A stretch of DNA of 64,000 bases, from NCBI RefSeq assembly GCF_004010195.1, contig NC_057753.1, positions 13,381,979 through 13,445,978 on the forward strand, written 5' to 3'. Below are positions 1 through 11,249 of the stretch, one piece after another. The position numbers and the translations under genes are program-made. Origin of the DNA: Chiloscyllium plagiosum (Eukaryota). Under the pieces are notes generated by a model. It made no database searches. It had not been told where the DNA came from and saw only the letters and a program-made list of their open reading frames with translations. Position 1 is the stretch's first letter, and the number at the start of each line of letters is the position of its first letter.

Positions 1-386
1 TTACAGTCTAATCTTTCAAACAACATAGAAAAGGAGAAATACAGGAAGTGAGAATATACCAGAACTCGATTATTAATGCCTGAATGAACAAACCCTATTG
101 ATAAGCTCATTTCTATGGTCGTAAATTGATAAAGGCAACAATATCATCATCAATGTGTCCAACAATGAGGCAACTCTCTCGATAAGGACACTGCCTGTGA
201 TCTGTCTCAAAGTATTTTCATTCAGTAGCAGTCAGCTGACTGCGTACTGATCTCATAAGTGCAACGGGGCACATAAGGAATGAAAGTGAGAGCAAACTGA
301 CACACAACAGCAGGATGTTGAGACTGGGGGAGTAGAAAGAACTTATTAATATTTCCATCTCCACTTTTACAAATAGGAGAACGAGG

Positions 387-880
387 ATGCAACTAATCAG
401 TGTCTGGTTTGTTTGGCGACTATTTATGACTGGTAATTCTGGACAAAACACATTACAACCTGAGCAGTGTCTCAGGTTAAATTTTGAACACAAGTCCACA
501 TGATATTTCCTCATTAGACATTTTCATATTCGAGCCACGGGACTTCTGTCACTCAGCCACTTTCATCAGAAGTTAAGAGAACAGATGCTAACTTTATGCT
601 GTACCAACAAAGCTGCATGGAATTGTTATTACTTCCTATGGTATCACCAAAAACCAAACACACAGCCTGAGCTCGTTCTCTTATGAATACTCCAACGATG
701 GTGCACAAAGCAGAATTTTCTAAAATCCTTTTCACTGCTGAGCTCCAGACCTTGAGAAAATTCAGCAGTTTAATGATCTCAGATCTGCAGCGAAAAGAAA
801 AGAGAGAGAGAAAAAAGAAAGAAAGAACGAAAGAAAGAAAGAAAGAAAGAGAAAGAACATGCCTATTGTAATGCAAGACA
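387..880 (+). pseudogene. TCR V (delta/alpha-type) pseudogene
   Basis: Leader 387-432 (MQLISVWFVWRLFMT-G|gtaatt). V remnants across frameshifts: SHGTSVTQPLSSEVK / LTLCCTNKAAWNCYYFLWYHQKPNTQPELVLL* / KAEFSKILFTAELQTLRKFSSLMISDLQ, then broken by an AG-rich microsatellite. No intact RSS. Confidence 0.8.
791..857 (+). repeat. (GAAA)n/(GA)n microsatellite
   Basis: Seen directly; interrupts FR3 of the V pseudogene. Confidence 0.95.
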
Positions 881-1370
881 ACTGGCACCAACTGTGCACA
901 GAAGAATATTCCAGTAATCCAGAACAGTAATTACAAAATGAGCAGAAACCATATTTATTTTTTCACTATTAACATCGAAACATGCGTAATACTAGAAACA
1001 ATAGAATATGTCTGTTCAAGTCTGCTCTGCCATTCATTTTGATAATGGTTGATTATTATACCCAGTGCCCTGTTCCCGCTTTCTACGTGAAGACTAAATA
1101 TTGACACAGGACTATGAAGATAACTTGTCTTGTTATTTCATGAAATGAAGCCGAGATGTATTTGATGTTCAATTAAGAAGGTAAACACAAATTTCAACCA
1201 GAGAGGCATAAACTCTGATCATTCAGAATTTGTTCAGCATTTTTTATTAAGGGACCTGACGCATCTTGACTTTTTATCTTGTATTTCTTTACTTTCGCAT
1301 TTTGAGTCTAGTACTTATTCCTTGTAAATTGAAAGTATTATATTCTCGGGCGCACTGGTGCTAAATGGCA

Positions 1371-2294
1371 TCAGTATGGTATTGAGCTGTGTTCTTTTTT
1401 ACCATTTGAAGCATTCAGTAGAGATGTGTAAGGACACATTAACATTCTTTTCAGCTCCTTTTGGAACTTGTTCTGGGTTGCCGCAGAGATGAAGACATTG
1501 TTGCAGGAACTGATTACCTGGAGCTTGTTGGGTGTTTCTTGAAGAATGTTCTGCGGGTCTTTGAATTTCAAGCTGCTGGCGTAATGCTCATTAGTAATCA
1601 ATCGGTAGAGGAAGCGACCCATACAGTTGGCCAACAGGGGGAGGAAGCTGAGAGAGATGGCGAAGAGCAGGACGATGGATCTCTTGCGGGTCACCATCTC
1701 TGGATCTTTACCATTCTCACTGCCCCTGAGTCTCTTGCGTGCTCTGCCAGCTAATATGATGCGTCTGCCCGTCAGGGCATTGAGCAGAGGAATGAGGAGG
1801 AATGGGAGAAAGGGGGTTAAGATTCGTTCGAGCCAGTCTAACACCCGCCAGGCAGGCAAAATGTGGAAAGTGAGTGTGATATCACAGAAGCATGGCATCC
1901 CGTCGAGGATATACATAGACTGGGTGTAAATGAAGTAGAAAGGGGCGTTCTTGAAATAGCTCAGGGAAAAGGTCACTGCTAAGACCAGCGATGCAATTTT
2001 CTTAGTACAATATCTGGCCTTCAAGCTCTGGAGACAAATGTTCACAAACCTTCACAATTGTGAAGGCCGCTATTGGACAGGAAGAGAATTCCCAGGTTGT
2101 GTACATCAGCACAGTATTGAGACTGTAGCCAGGGGTAGCGAAAAGGATACTATAGCATTAATAAACACAGTTAAGTATTGCATTTGCCATGATGACAAGC
2201 AAATCGCTCAACACTATGGCCACCAGATAGTAAGAAATGCACAGAACACATCTGCACCAGTCTCGGGAGGTAGTCATAATTGCCACCAGTTTGG
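1371..2294 (-). pseudogene. GPR139/GPR142-like class A GPCR pseudogene, main exon
   Basis: After acceptor cacag: KLVAIMTTSRDWC..CISYYLVAIVLSDLLVI, in-frame TAA at 2158-2160, frameshift near 2055 at the DRF-equivalent, then RFVNICLQSLKARYCTKK...LTPFLPFLLIPLLNALT...DPEMVTRKRSIVLLFAISLSF...SSCNNVFISAATQNKFQKELK. Confidence 0.85.
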
Positions 2295-3844
2295 CTGTGA
2301 AGGTACCAAGAGAGGAGTATATAACCAAGTGAACTGGGACTATACCGATGCCTTGCTATCCAACCCAGGCACATTTTACCACTTGCTCCTTCAGCCATTA
2401 TTCATACTAAGTCTCATGCGTTCAGGAACTCTATACTTACTGAGCAACATTGGCTTTCAATCCAGCAACGTCAGGGTTATAATAATCTCATGCATCACCA
2501 TTTTAAAGTATTGTTGCAGTCTTCCCACTATCGTCCGTAAAATTCTACAGCCACCTGAGATCACTGTTCCTATAATTCTGGCCTGACACCAAGCCTTATT
2601 TCGGTAGCAGCTGTGAACATAAATGTAGAGATTTACATCTCCGTTATTTACTCCCTCAACTACTGTCGCCCTCCATTCTATTTCAGGACATGATTTAGAA
2701 TATCTCTTGGATCAAGGATCTGGGTGTCAACATTAATATCACCTTCTGTACTTTATAGTCAACTTTATTTGTGATACATGATAAGCAGCAACCACACCAA
2801 ACATAATGCGAGAGCTGAAGATAGAAGCAAACTCTATTCTGAAGTTTAAATTAACGATGCTCTCCTTGCCAGCACTAGCAACAGGCCCACTAAGGAAGGA
2901 AAAGCTGAATTATCCAAAGTAAAAGCAAAACTTACAACAACTGTCAAGACAAACCGAAAGTATAATCCGTAAAAATTATTGTATTTCGGCACACGTTTCA
3001 AATGTCTCCATAATTAACTTCGATGACCACATTAACATGTTAACCATACATGAAATATGCTGCTGATATTATTCTTAACAAGAAATATTAAATACTCTAG
3101 ATGGGTTTTATTTTTGTTATATTGTGATATTATTTAATTAAAAATCTAATTAATCAAATTTCATTCGTGGCTATTCATATTTCAGAAATCTAATACGTGG
3201 CATTTTTATAATCATGCCGCATAATACATTGAACAAACTTTTTTCATGGTCTATACCGCAAGTACTGATGTTAATGTATAATTTGTCACAGTACCATCTA
3301 GTGTCACATAGTACCGACTTGAATGTTGAAAAAGGTCGGACTGATTCTAAAAGTGGAGAAACTAAATTCATTCTGAATTGTAAGGTGAACATAAAATGAC
3401 TTACTGCGATCCATTACTGACCTGGTGCACCACTAAAGGCGAGAATGAGATAACAAATGGCAAACAAGATCCCATTCGCTGGCCTATGCGTGTTTTCGAG
3501 AAACAAAAACAATTTTAGAAATTGCAAATCTTCGTTCTGTGGCACATTGAAATCGCTCCTCACCTATTCCAACCGGGACTCACTAGAGGGATTGTTAAAT
3601 GAACGCACGCAGATTAGTTACAGTTTATCAAATAGACAAATTCACGATATCTTGCCTTCCACCTCTAAGATACACGTGGTAAATGCTGCATTATATTTAT
3701 ATGTGAACTTCTAACTACAAACTTTGCATTTGTTCCTTCCTAACAAAATAATGCACATCTGTCTCTGTCAAATGGACAGCCAATTGTTGTGTCTGAGATG
3801 AAATGCGATCTCTAATATAAAATTGTTTCATTTGGTCTGGCGCA

Positions 3845-4560
3845 TAGGAACATTGGAACAGGAGTAAGCTATTCAATTCCTCCATTGAATGAGATCATGG
3901 TTGATCTGTGGCCTAATTCCTTACATCTGTTTTTGACCCATATGCCTTAATTTTTAGATTCACCAAAATATTTGCCTTGAATTTAAATTTAACAATTAAT
4001 CCTTTGTACAATCCCATTTGTGGAAGAGAGTTCCAAGCATCGACCACCTTTTACGCCAAAATTGCTACCTAACATTGCTCGTGAAAGCTTTGGTCCTAAT
4101 TGTTAAGCTATGCCACCAATTTTTAGAATTCCCAAGCAGACAGAATAGTTTATCTTTATCTACCTTGTTTATTCCTCATAATATATTGTAGACTTCAATC
4201 AGATCTTCCCAAAGTGTAGCGAAAACAGGCCTAATTTATATAATCTCGCTTTATAAACTAACCAGTTTAACTAACTATCCCTCTTCTACATCTCCGTTAC
4301 ATTCTCTCCAAGGTCAATACATCCTTCCTAAGATGGGTTGCCCATATCCGCTCACAATGCTCCAAGTGGGGCCTAACCCGTGTTTTATATGACTGGAGAA
4401 AAACAAGTACACCCTTGGACTCCAGTCCACTATACATGAAGGTCAGCATTTCAATAGCTTTCTTGATTTTCTCTGCAATTTTGATGGTTTCTGCACCTGA
4501 AGCCCTAAGTCCCATTGCACATGCACTGCTTTTAATTTCACCCTTTTTCGTAGACGCCCT
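3845..4560 (-). mobile_element. Degenerate CR1-type LINE 3' fragment
   Basis: Minus-strand YKTRVRPHLEHCERIWATHLRKDVLTLERM resembles the CR1 ORF2 C-terminal motif; bounds approximate. Confidence 0.8.
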
Positions 4561-5899
4561 GAAAGTTTATAGTTAAAGACTCTACAGTGTTCTCTCCTAC
4601 TTCCTTTAACACATTTGGATGGAATCCATTGGGTCTCCGTGAATTGACTCCACTTTAATTCCATTAATTCCTTCATTTTCGATGTTTTGTTTACCTTACT
4701 TTTATTCAGTACATATTCCAGATCCACTAATTATTTCCTCAGGGCGTCTAACAGGTTATCCTCCTTTCTACTGCAAACACTGAGACTACTGAACATGTCT
4801 AGCATTTGCATATAGACATTGACAATATCCTCACTTGCAGTTTTATTAGGTAACATTGCCTGGCCACTTCTTTCTCTTTATGGAAATATAACATTACACT
4901 CTTCAGTTCAAATGATTGCTGCTTAATTGTATACCTGACTACCGTCCCTTTCCTTATCTTAATCTCCAAAACATAATCAAGGAAAGAAGCATTTGCAGAA
5001 TAACACGGAACATTGCATAGTCTGCGGAGGACGATGGAGGGGGTAAGGGGTGACTGCTTGCGTCAAGGTTTTGTGATTGGACTTGTATCAAGAGGGCCAG
5101 GCTAATGTTCTGGGGACAAAAGCTGTTGAAATGGAAGTTGAATTCCTAAATAATCTTGTATTAGCTAGACGCCCTATAACGGTGGTTGTGAAATTATCAT
5201 CGATTGCTGAAAACAAATTCATACCTCGTAATCTGGCAGGAATGGAAATCTGCCATTCCGAACTGATCTCAGCTTGGTTTAACTACAGACCGGGAGCCCT
5301 TTGAAATGACTGACCAATCATTCCATGAGCTATCACTGGTGTTTTCAGTAATGCCAAATTTCCATGAAGGAATAGAAGAAAACGTAGATCATTACCCACA
5401 CATTAGTTTATTCTTCTGAGTCCTGCCCGTCCAGCAACATTTTAAGTGCAACTTTTATTCTTGTCTTTCAGCTGCAGAACATATGTTTGTAATAGCTGAG
5501 ATGCAACGATTCATGGATCCCTTTATGCGAGTATTCATTCAAATGAGATTCTGATGCAAGCTTTTTTTTTAAAGAAAAATGTTCCACACGTCACGAAATG
5601 GTGAACAGAGTAGCAGGATGATCTCAAGTCAGCGACATATACCAAGGCTGCAATGAAAGTGGGCTAAGGGCTTGAAAAAAGTTACTGAGAAAGATAAAGA
5701 GTGAGGGAAGGTGATTTTGTGCAGCTACCCTTGATGGGAATGTAACTGTCATCAGAGCAGCCAATCTCGTCAATGAAAACACCCTTCAGTTTCTTCGTAA
5801 GTGAAGCCTGACCCAAATCTGGCTTAGAATTTAATATTGGACTTGGACAGATAACATAAGTAAAACCTTCTGATTTATTTTATGTTGAGCACTAACTCT

Positions 5900-6574
5900 A
5901 TGTGCTCCCCATGTTACTTCTTGATAGTAACGGTCTTCTTATCCAGTGAAAGAAGTTTAGTTAAAAAGTAATCATCCAGGAATTTTATTTACAGTATTCT
6001 TGGGTTTGGAATCATACTGCTTTTGTGCTACAGGATCGAATGGCGTGGATTTTGTGTGTCAGGATTCACCTGAATTGATGCTTCTATAAGGACTAAGCAT
6101 GGTAAAGTGTCAGTACTCAACAGCTGTACTTTCTCCAACTCTGTTTCGGTTCTCACAGGGAAACTCCAGGTTATTTGTGAAGATTGTACTCTTTGCTACC
6201 TTCTCCGCAGCCCTACCACCCCCCTCCTCCCCCCCCCCTCCCATTTATCTCTCCACGCTGGAGGCTCCCTGCCTCCATTCCTGATGAAGGGCATTTGCCC
6301 GAAACGTCGATTTTCCTGCTCCTTGGCTGCTGCCTGACCGGCTGTGCTTTTCCAGCGCCACTCTAATCTAAACTCTGGTTTCCAGCATCTGCAGTCCTCA
6401 CTTTCGCCTATTTGTTGAAGATGTATGGCACGGGAGTTGAAGGTACATCTCCAGATAAGCCACAAAGGTTCTTTGCTGAGTTATGGAAAACAAAAACAAA
6501 ATGGCTATTTCAAAATGGGCGGGACAGTTCTGCCTGACAATGCCATGCATTTATGTGCAAGGGATCCTACACTG
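5900..6574 (+). pseudogene. TCR V pseudogene related to family B, interrupted by a Penelope-like insert
   Basis: Leader 5900-5945 (MCSPCYFLIVTVFLS); exon from 6034 GSNGVDFVCQDSPELMLL*GLSMVKCQYSTAVLSPTLFRFSQ; after the insert YLLKMYGTG..RFFAEL / GYFKMGGTVLPDNAMHLCARD; dead heptamer TACACTG at 6568-6574. Confidence 0.75.
6186..6408 (+). mobile_element. Penelope-like element terminal-repeat fragment with hammerhead core
   Basis: CTGATGA-AGGGC-ATTT-GCCC-GAAAC-GTC at 6281-6308; near-identical flanking repeats tatttg(t)tgaagat at 6172-6184 and 6409-6422. Confidence 0.75.
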
Positions 6575-7629
6575 ACGCATACATACAATGAACTCTGAAA
6601 TTTCCATTTAGTGTCGAATGGAGGGGTCTCTCTCACAGATGAACATGTACAAGAATTTGTCCTCCATGGTGTGAGTCACAAGGACTTCCTGAAAATAAAA
6701 CTGCAACAAAATACAACATTCGACATGGAAAGGCGGTATAATGTCACTTTTTTTTTCAAATCGTGTTTCCACTATAGCCAACTTCGCAGATTTATTTGAT
6801 CCCTTCAATTGACTTTTTGCCTCTTCAGGCAGTTTCCATGCCTGGCTGTAATGTTGCAGAACCTTTCCACATCTCCCTTCAAGATGTACTTTGAATGTTG
6901 GCAGGAACGAGCCTGGACGATAACTCCCACCTCCCACCAGCAATGTCTGCATCCCCAGGCCGAGTGAACAGTCTCCGGCGGCTCTACTCTCCTGGGGATG
7001 TCGACTCCTTTTTGAGTGTCAAGTCTCCAAATGCTGTCCATTCATCGACTTGAAGTGCCAAAAACATCACCTTGAGTATCTCCGGTGGGAAGTAAACCAA
7101 AACAGCAACAAATTCAGTCTAATCAGTTGCTGTCAATGAATAAACCGAGGTTCCTCATGGACATTCAATGCATCTATTTGTTTGAGATAAATATGTCTAA
7201 TCAGTTCGTGATCAGACTGTCAAGTCTACTAGGGATCAGATATCTACATTTAACTGTCTATTTCTCTGTTCAGCAGAATGAGGTTAACGTCAGAAGCACA
7301 GACTTGTGGAAAGGGAAATGAAGTCAGCTTAACCATATACAGCACTTGCAGGTGCTTGCTGTGAGACAAGTGGCATCAGACCAATCTCAGTCAATGCCGT
7401 GTTTTTTTTTTCTTATTCGATATTGTGCAGATTTCTGAGATAAGACTAGGAATCATCGCAGCTTTTATTACTGCATTGGCATTCATTGTCAGTAAGTTGA
7501 CTAAAACTCTAAAAAAGAGTTTAATTTCTGCATTTTTAAATGCGAAATATAACAACATCCTTTTCAACAAGCATTGGATTCTGGTTACAGCACACTTTAG
7601 TTGTTGTGAACCGATTTTATTTTAATCAT

Positions 7630-7945
7630 GGGCGGCACGGTGATTAGCACTGTTGCCTCACAGCGCCAGAGACCCGGGTTCAATTCCCGCCTCAGGCGAC
7701 TGACTGTGTGGAGTTTGCACATTCTCCCCGTGTCTGCGTGGGTTTCCTCCGGGTGTTCCGGTTTCCTCCCACAGTCCAAAAATGTGCAGGTTAGGTGAAT
7801 TGGCTATGCCAAATTGCCCGTAGTGGTAGGTGAAGGGGTGAAATGTAGGGGAATGGGTCTGAGTGGGTTGCGCTTCGGCGGGTCGGTGTGGGCTTGTTGG
7901 GCCGAAGGGCCTGTTTCCACACTGTAAGTAATCTAATCTAATCTA
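7630..7945 (+). mobile_element. tRNA-derived SINE (shark HE1-like), full length
   Basis: GGGCGGCACGGTG head, B box GGTTCAATTCC, (TAATC)n tail; several copies in the window. Confidence 0.9.
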
Positions 7946-8089
7946 AAAAAACTGTGAGGATCCCAGTATTAAGGGATTATGCATTTTGAAACACCTTATA
8001 AAACAGATTTTTTTTCCCCCTCAAGTAAAGATGAAATTGACAGAGATGTTTTACACCGACTTAGGTTTCTTGGCGGGATAATCATAAAT

Positions 8090-8222
8090 GAAGAGAAAGT
8101 GAGGACTGAAGATGTTGGAAATCAGATTCGAGAGTGTGGTGCTGGAAAAGCACAGCAGGTCATGCAGCATCCGAGGAGCACGAGAATCGACGTTCCGGGC
8201 ATGAGATTCCTGATGAAGGGAT
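8090..8222 (-). mobile_element. Penelope-like terminal-repeat fragment
   Basis: Reverse-complement similarity to 6280-6408. Confidence 0.7.
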
Positions 8223-8633
8223 AATCATAGAGACAATGTTTTGGACTAGGGAGGATTCCAAAATCAATGATGCGTCATTGCAAGAGTCAGAAACGATAGT
8301 GATTCCAAAATTTAAGAGAAGCCTAATTCTCCTTCGGAATATGGAACTCTCTGGCTCAAAAGCGACTGAGTCAACTACACAGATTCATAAAGGAGAGGTT
8401 AGGTAAATAGCTGAAGAGCAGATGGAAATAGAGGCACGAGCATTGAAACAGAAGAAGCGGAAAGCCCCAAATTTCTTCTGTGAAGTGATAACATGGATAT
8501 AGAACAGCAGTCGTATTCGTGCACGAATTTATGTTCAATTTCATGTCACACCGAATACCATTTTTTGTACACTCATCTCGATCCAAGTTAAATTCAATCA
8601 ACGAATTCCTCTTTCTTTAGCCTTGTATTCCAA

Positions 8634-9206
8634 ATCTGGGCGCTGGAATGTCTGTGTCTCGGCGGGAGCCCAGGCTCAGTCAGACGGAGGTGAAAGATGG
8701 CAGTTTAAACTGTACCTACACTGACGTAGGGCATTGCATGAGTCCCGTCATTTAGTCAAACGAGTTTGCAGTCCGGAAGGACAAGAGTGGCGGTGCTAAA
8801 TTGAAGGCGGATTTCCCTCAGAACCAGTTTTCCGATACAGTCCCGCAGTCAGACAAGTTGCACTGATTGTTGTTGAAACTTTATTGCTGGAACAGCACAG
8901 CAGGTCAGGCAGCATCCAGGGAACAGGAGATTCGACGTTTCGGGCACAGGCCCTTCTTCAGGAATGAAGAAGGTCCTGTGCCCGAAACGTCGAACCATTC
9001 CTGAAGAAGGGCCTGTGCCCGAAACGTCGAATCTCCTGTTCCCTGGATGCTGCCTGACCTGCTGTGCTGTTCCAGCAATAAAGTTTCAACTTTGATCTCC
9101 AGCATCTGCAGACCTCACTTTCTCCTCGAAGTTGCACTGATTGACAACATCAGGGCCGCTGCTGCCTGACACCATGTTCTATTATTCTCAAATGAGCCCT
9201 CTCAGC
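8634..9206 (+). pseudogene. TCR V pseudogene split by a palindromic insertion
   Basis: GAGMSVSRREPRLSQTEVKDGSLNCTYTD..*..KADFPQNQFSDTVPQSDKLH*L [insert] TTSGPLLPDTMFYYSQMSP followed by a degenerate heptamer CTCAGCG. Confidence 0.7.
8870..9128. mobile_element. Young palindromic Penelope-like insertion with 15-bp TSD
   Basis: TSD AAGTTGCACTGATTG at 8855-8869 and 9129-9143; near-perfect ~95-bp inverted arms; hammerhead cores on both strands. Confidence 0.85.
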
Positions 9207-10239
9207 GATCGGAGCGTGTGAAAGCCTGATCCAATCGCCGCCGCCGGTTTCTGGGCCACCGCTGCTGCCTGTTGCAGACGAGACACAGCAGCAGATCACA
9301 AACGGAAACTTCAGGATTTGCTTGCGAGGGACACCACAGACCATAATCCAATTAAGCATCATTATATAAACGTCCACATCCATCGATGATTCTGACACTG
9401 ACAATGTGTTGGAGGAAATGGCTGCTATTTATTTGAGAATCTCTCATAACTTGCCACTCTGATGAAGAATGCAAAACTCGAAGTGGTTTGAAACGAAATA
9501 TATCCCAGTCCAAACGTTCCAGAAATATTTCATTCAAAGGAACAAATAGTAGTGATATGAAATATTAATTTACAGTGGGCACTGAAGCCTGTCCAGTGAA
9601 AGTCCATACAATTGTAGGAATCTTGATTACAGAGCTCTCAATGTTAAAGACATTTACATATATTCGATCAAACATCTATAATATTAGCAGGCGCCACGAC
9701 GTTGTTATCAGACAGGAAGCTAATGAACAAGCGTTAGTTCAACAATAATCTATAGCAAAGGACCCGCAGGTTCGTGGAATAGCTAATGGATGCTCAAAAG
9801 CCAGACTGAGGACAAAAGCCAAATTGAAATATGTCAGCAAGAATGGCGGGATTGTTTTTTGGATATTGGACACGTCACATAACGTTGATCTGTCAAGTTT
9901 CTGTTGTAATTTTATCCTGTGTCGCACGTAGTTCTGAAGCTGATGTTTCATGTTTTCTGGTGTGCACCTCCTTCACTGGCTGGAGCACAATGCCAGTAAT
10001 TCTATTGCAATCACTGATTTGCACAATAGCATAAATTCTCCAAACGCATCTTTGCATTTTAGTCAAATGTATTCAACATAAAGTGAGGACAGAGATCCTT
10101 CTCGGATGCTGCACCCATTGACCTCAGTGTGTTAATTATTTTGTTATATTTGAACTTGGTTCATTCTGGTATAAAGGTAGGAAGTAAATGCTACTCTCGA
10201 CTCGACTACCACACCTTGCACTTTGTTCCATTGGGGCGC

Positions 10240-10278
10240 TGTTATTGTACGAGGCTCAGCCTGATTCCTGTCACTGTG
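10240..10278 (-). other. 23-RSS of V-A1
   Basis: CACAGTG-23 bp-ACAATAACA. Confidence 0.95.
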
Positions 10279-10792
10279 TCTCTCAGTCCGCAGTAATATA
10301 CTGCGCTGTCAGACAGCTGCAGCTCATTGATGGTGAAATTCCCCTCATTTTTTGATTTGTCCAAAGATGCAGAAAATCGATCCGACACCCCCTCTTCCCT
10401 CCTGATACTGCCATAGTTGTGAACGTAGATTAAGAATGTTGGAGATTTCCCTGGGTCCTGACGGTACAATTGCAACGTATACGTGTCACCTGTGGTCGAA
10501 TATCTGAAATGAATGGTTACTGAATCTCTTTCAAATTGTATCACTGTAACCGGCTTCTGTGAGATCGAAACGGCACAATTAACACCTGCGCAAATATAGA
10601 AAGAAAGTGACATTAAAATTATGATGATGACGAATGTGACAAGTCAAAGCATACACTGTAATAGAGGGAAATACAGACAAATCGAAGATTGCAATAAACA
10701 TTTTACCTATAAGAGAATATTTTACAACTCAGAAACTTACCTGTTAAGAGCGTTGCAGTAGTGAGAAACGAGTAAATGGTAAAAGTCGACAT
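10279..10792 (-). CDS. TCR alpha/delta V segment, family A copy 1 (leader 10741-10792, V exon 10279-10585)
   Basis: Leader MSTFTIYSFLTTATLLT-G|gtaagt; V ISQKPVTV..VTIHFRYSTT..LQLYRQDPGKSP..DRFSASLDK..SDSAVYYCGLR; open frame and RSS; Cys23->Phe, Trp41->Leu. Confidence 0.92.
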
Positions 10793-10920
10793 ATTTGCGG
10801 AGCAGATGGTGGGTTAGAACAAAGAAAATTGAAGCTGATTCTTTTGAGCTGCAGTCAATGGGTGTCATATCCGGTCTCGCTGCCGAATTGTTCCCTTCTG
10901 TCAGAGTCACCACATATCAC

Positions 10921-10963
10921 CCAATCGGCTCACAGCCGCTTTGTTGTCCAGTCCATGACGTCA
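10921..10963. promoter_or_regulatory. CCAAT + CRE (TGACGTCA) upstream of V-A1
   Basis: TGACGTCA at 10956-10963, ~165 bp upstream of the ATG; conserved at 38676-38683 and 54917-54924. Confidence 0.7.
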
Positions 10964-11249
10964 ACGTGTTGACCGCATTAACTCCACTGGGAAATATGTG
11001 AGGCGTTTGCCCCCTTCAATCTTCTCCACGAGTGGATAATACGGTGGTTTATCCATATCATTTCCAAATTCTGGCAGACTACTCAAATCACATCTGTCCT
11101 TTTTGATTTATCAATCTATCAATATCGGCCCAAAATCTTCTCCACGCCAGGGCAATAAATACTTGCTGATCACTGAATAAAGCTGATGGGAGCACTAACT
11201 TCAATTCTCCTCTTTAACAATGTCAGTCATGTTCACTGGTACTTATTTC

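Noticed and set aside
120-215. GNNIIINVSNNEATLSIRTL resembling an Ig/NAR-TCR FR3
   Set aside because: No YYC, RSS or upstream framework recognisable; too weak to call.
2038-2586. 182-aa plus-strand ORF
   Set aside because: Largely the antisense shadow of the GPCR pseudogene.
6608-7041. Minus-strand ORFs of 114 and 78 aa with an acceptor-like site
   Set aside because: No recognisable domain or consistent exon structure.
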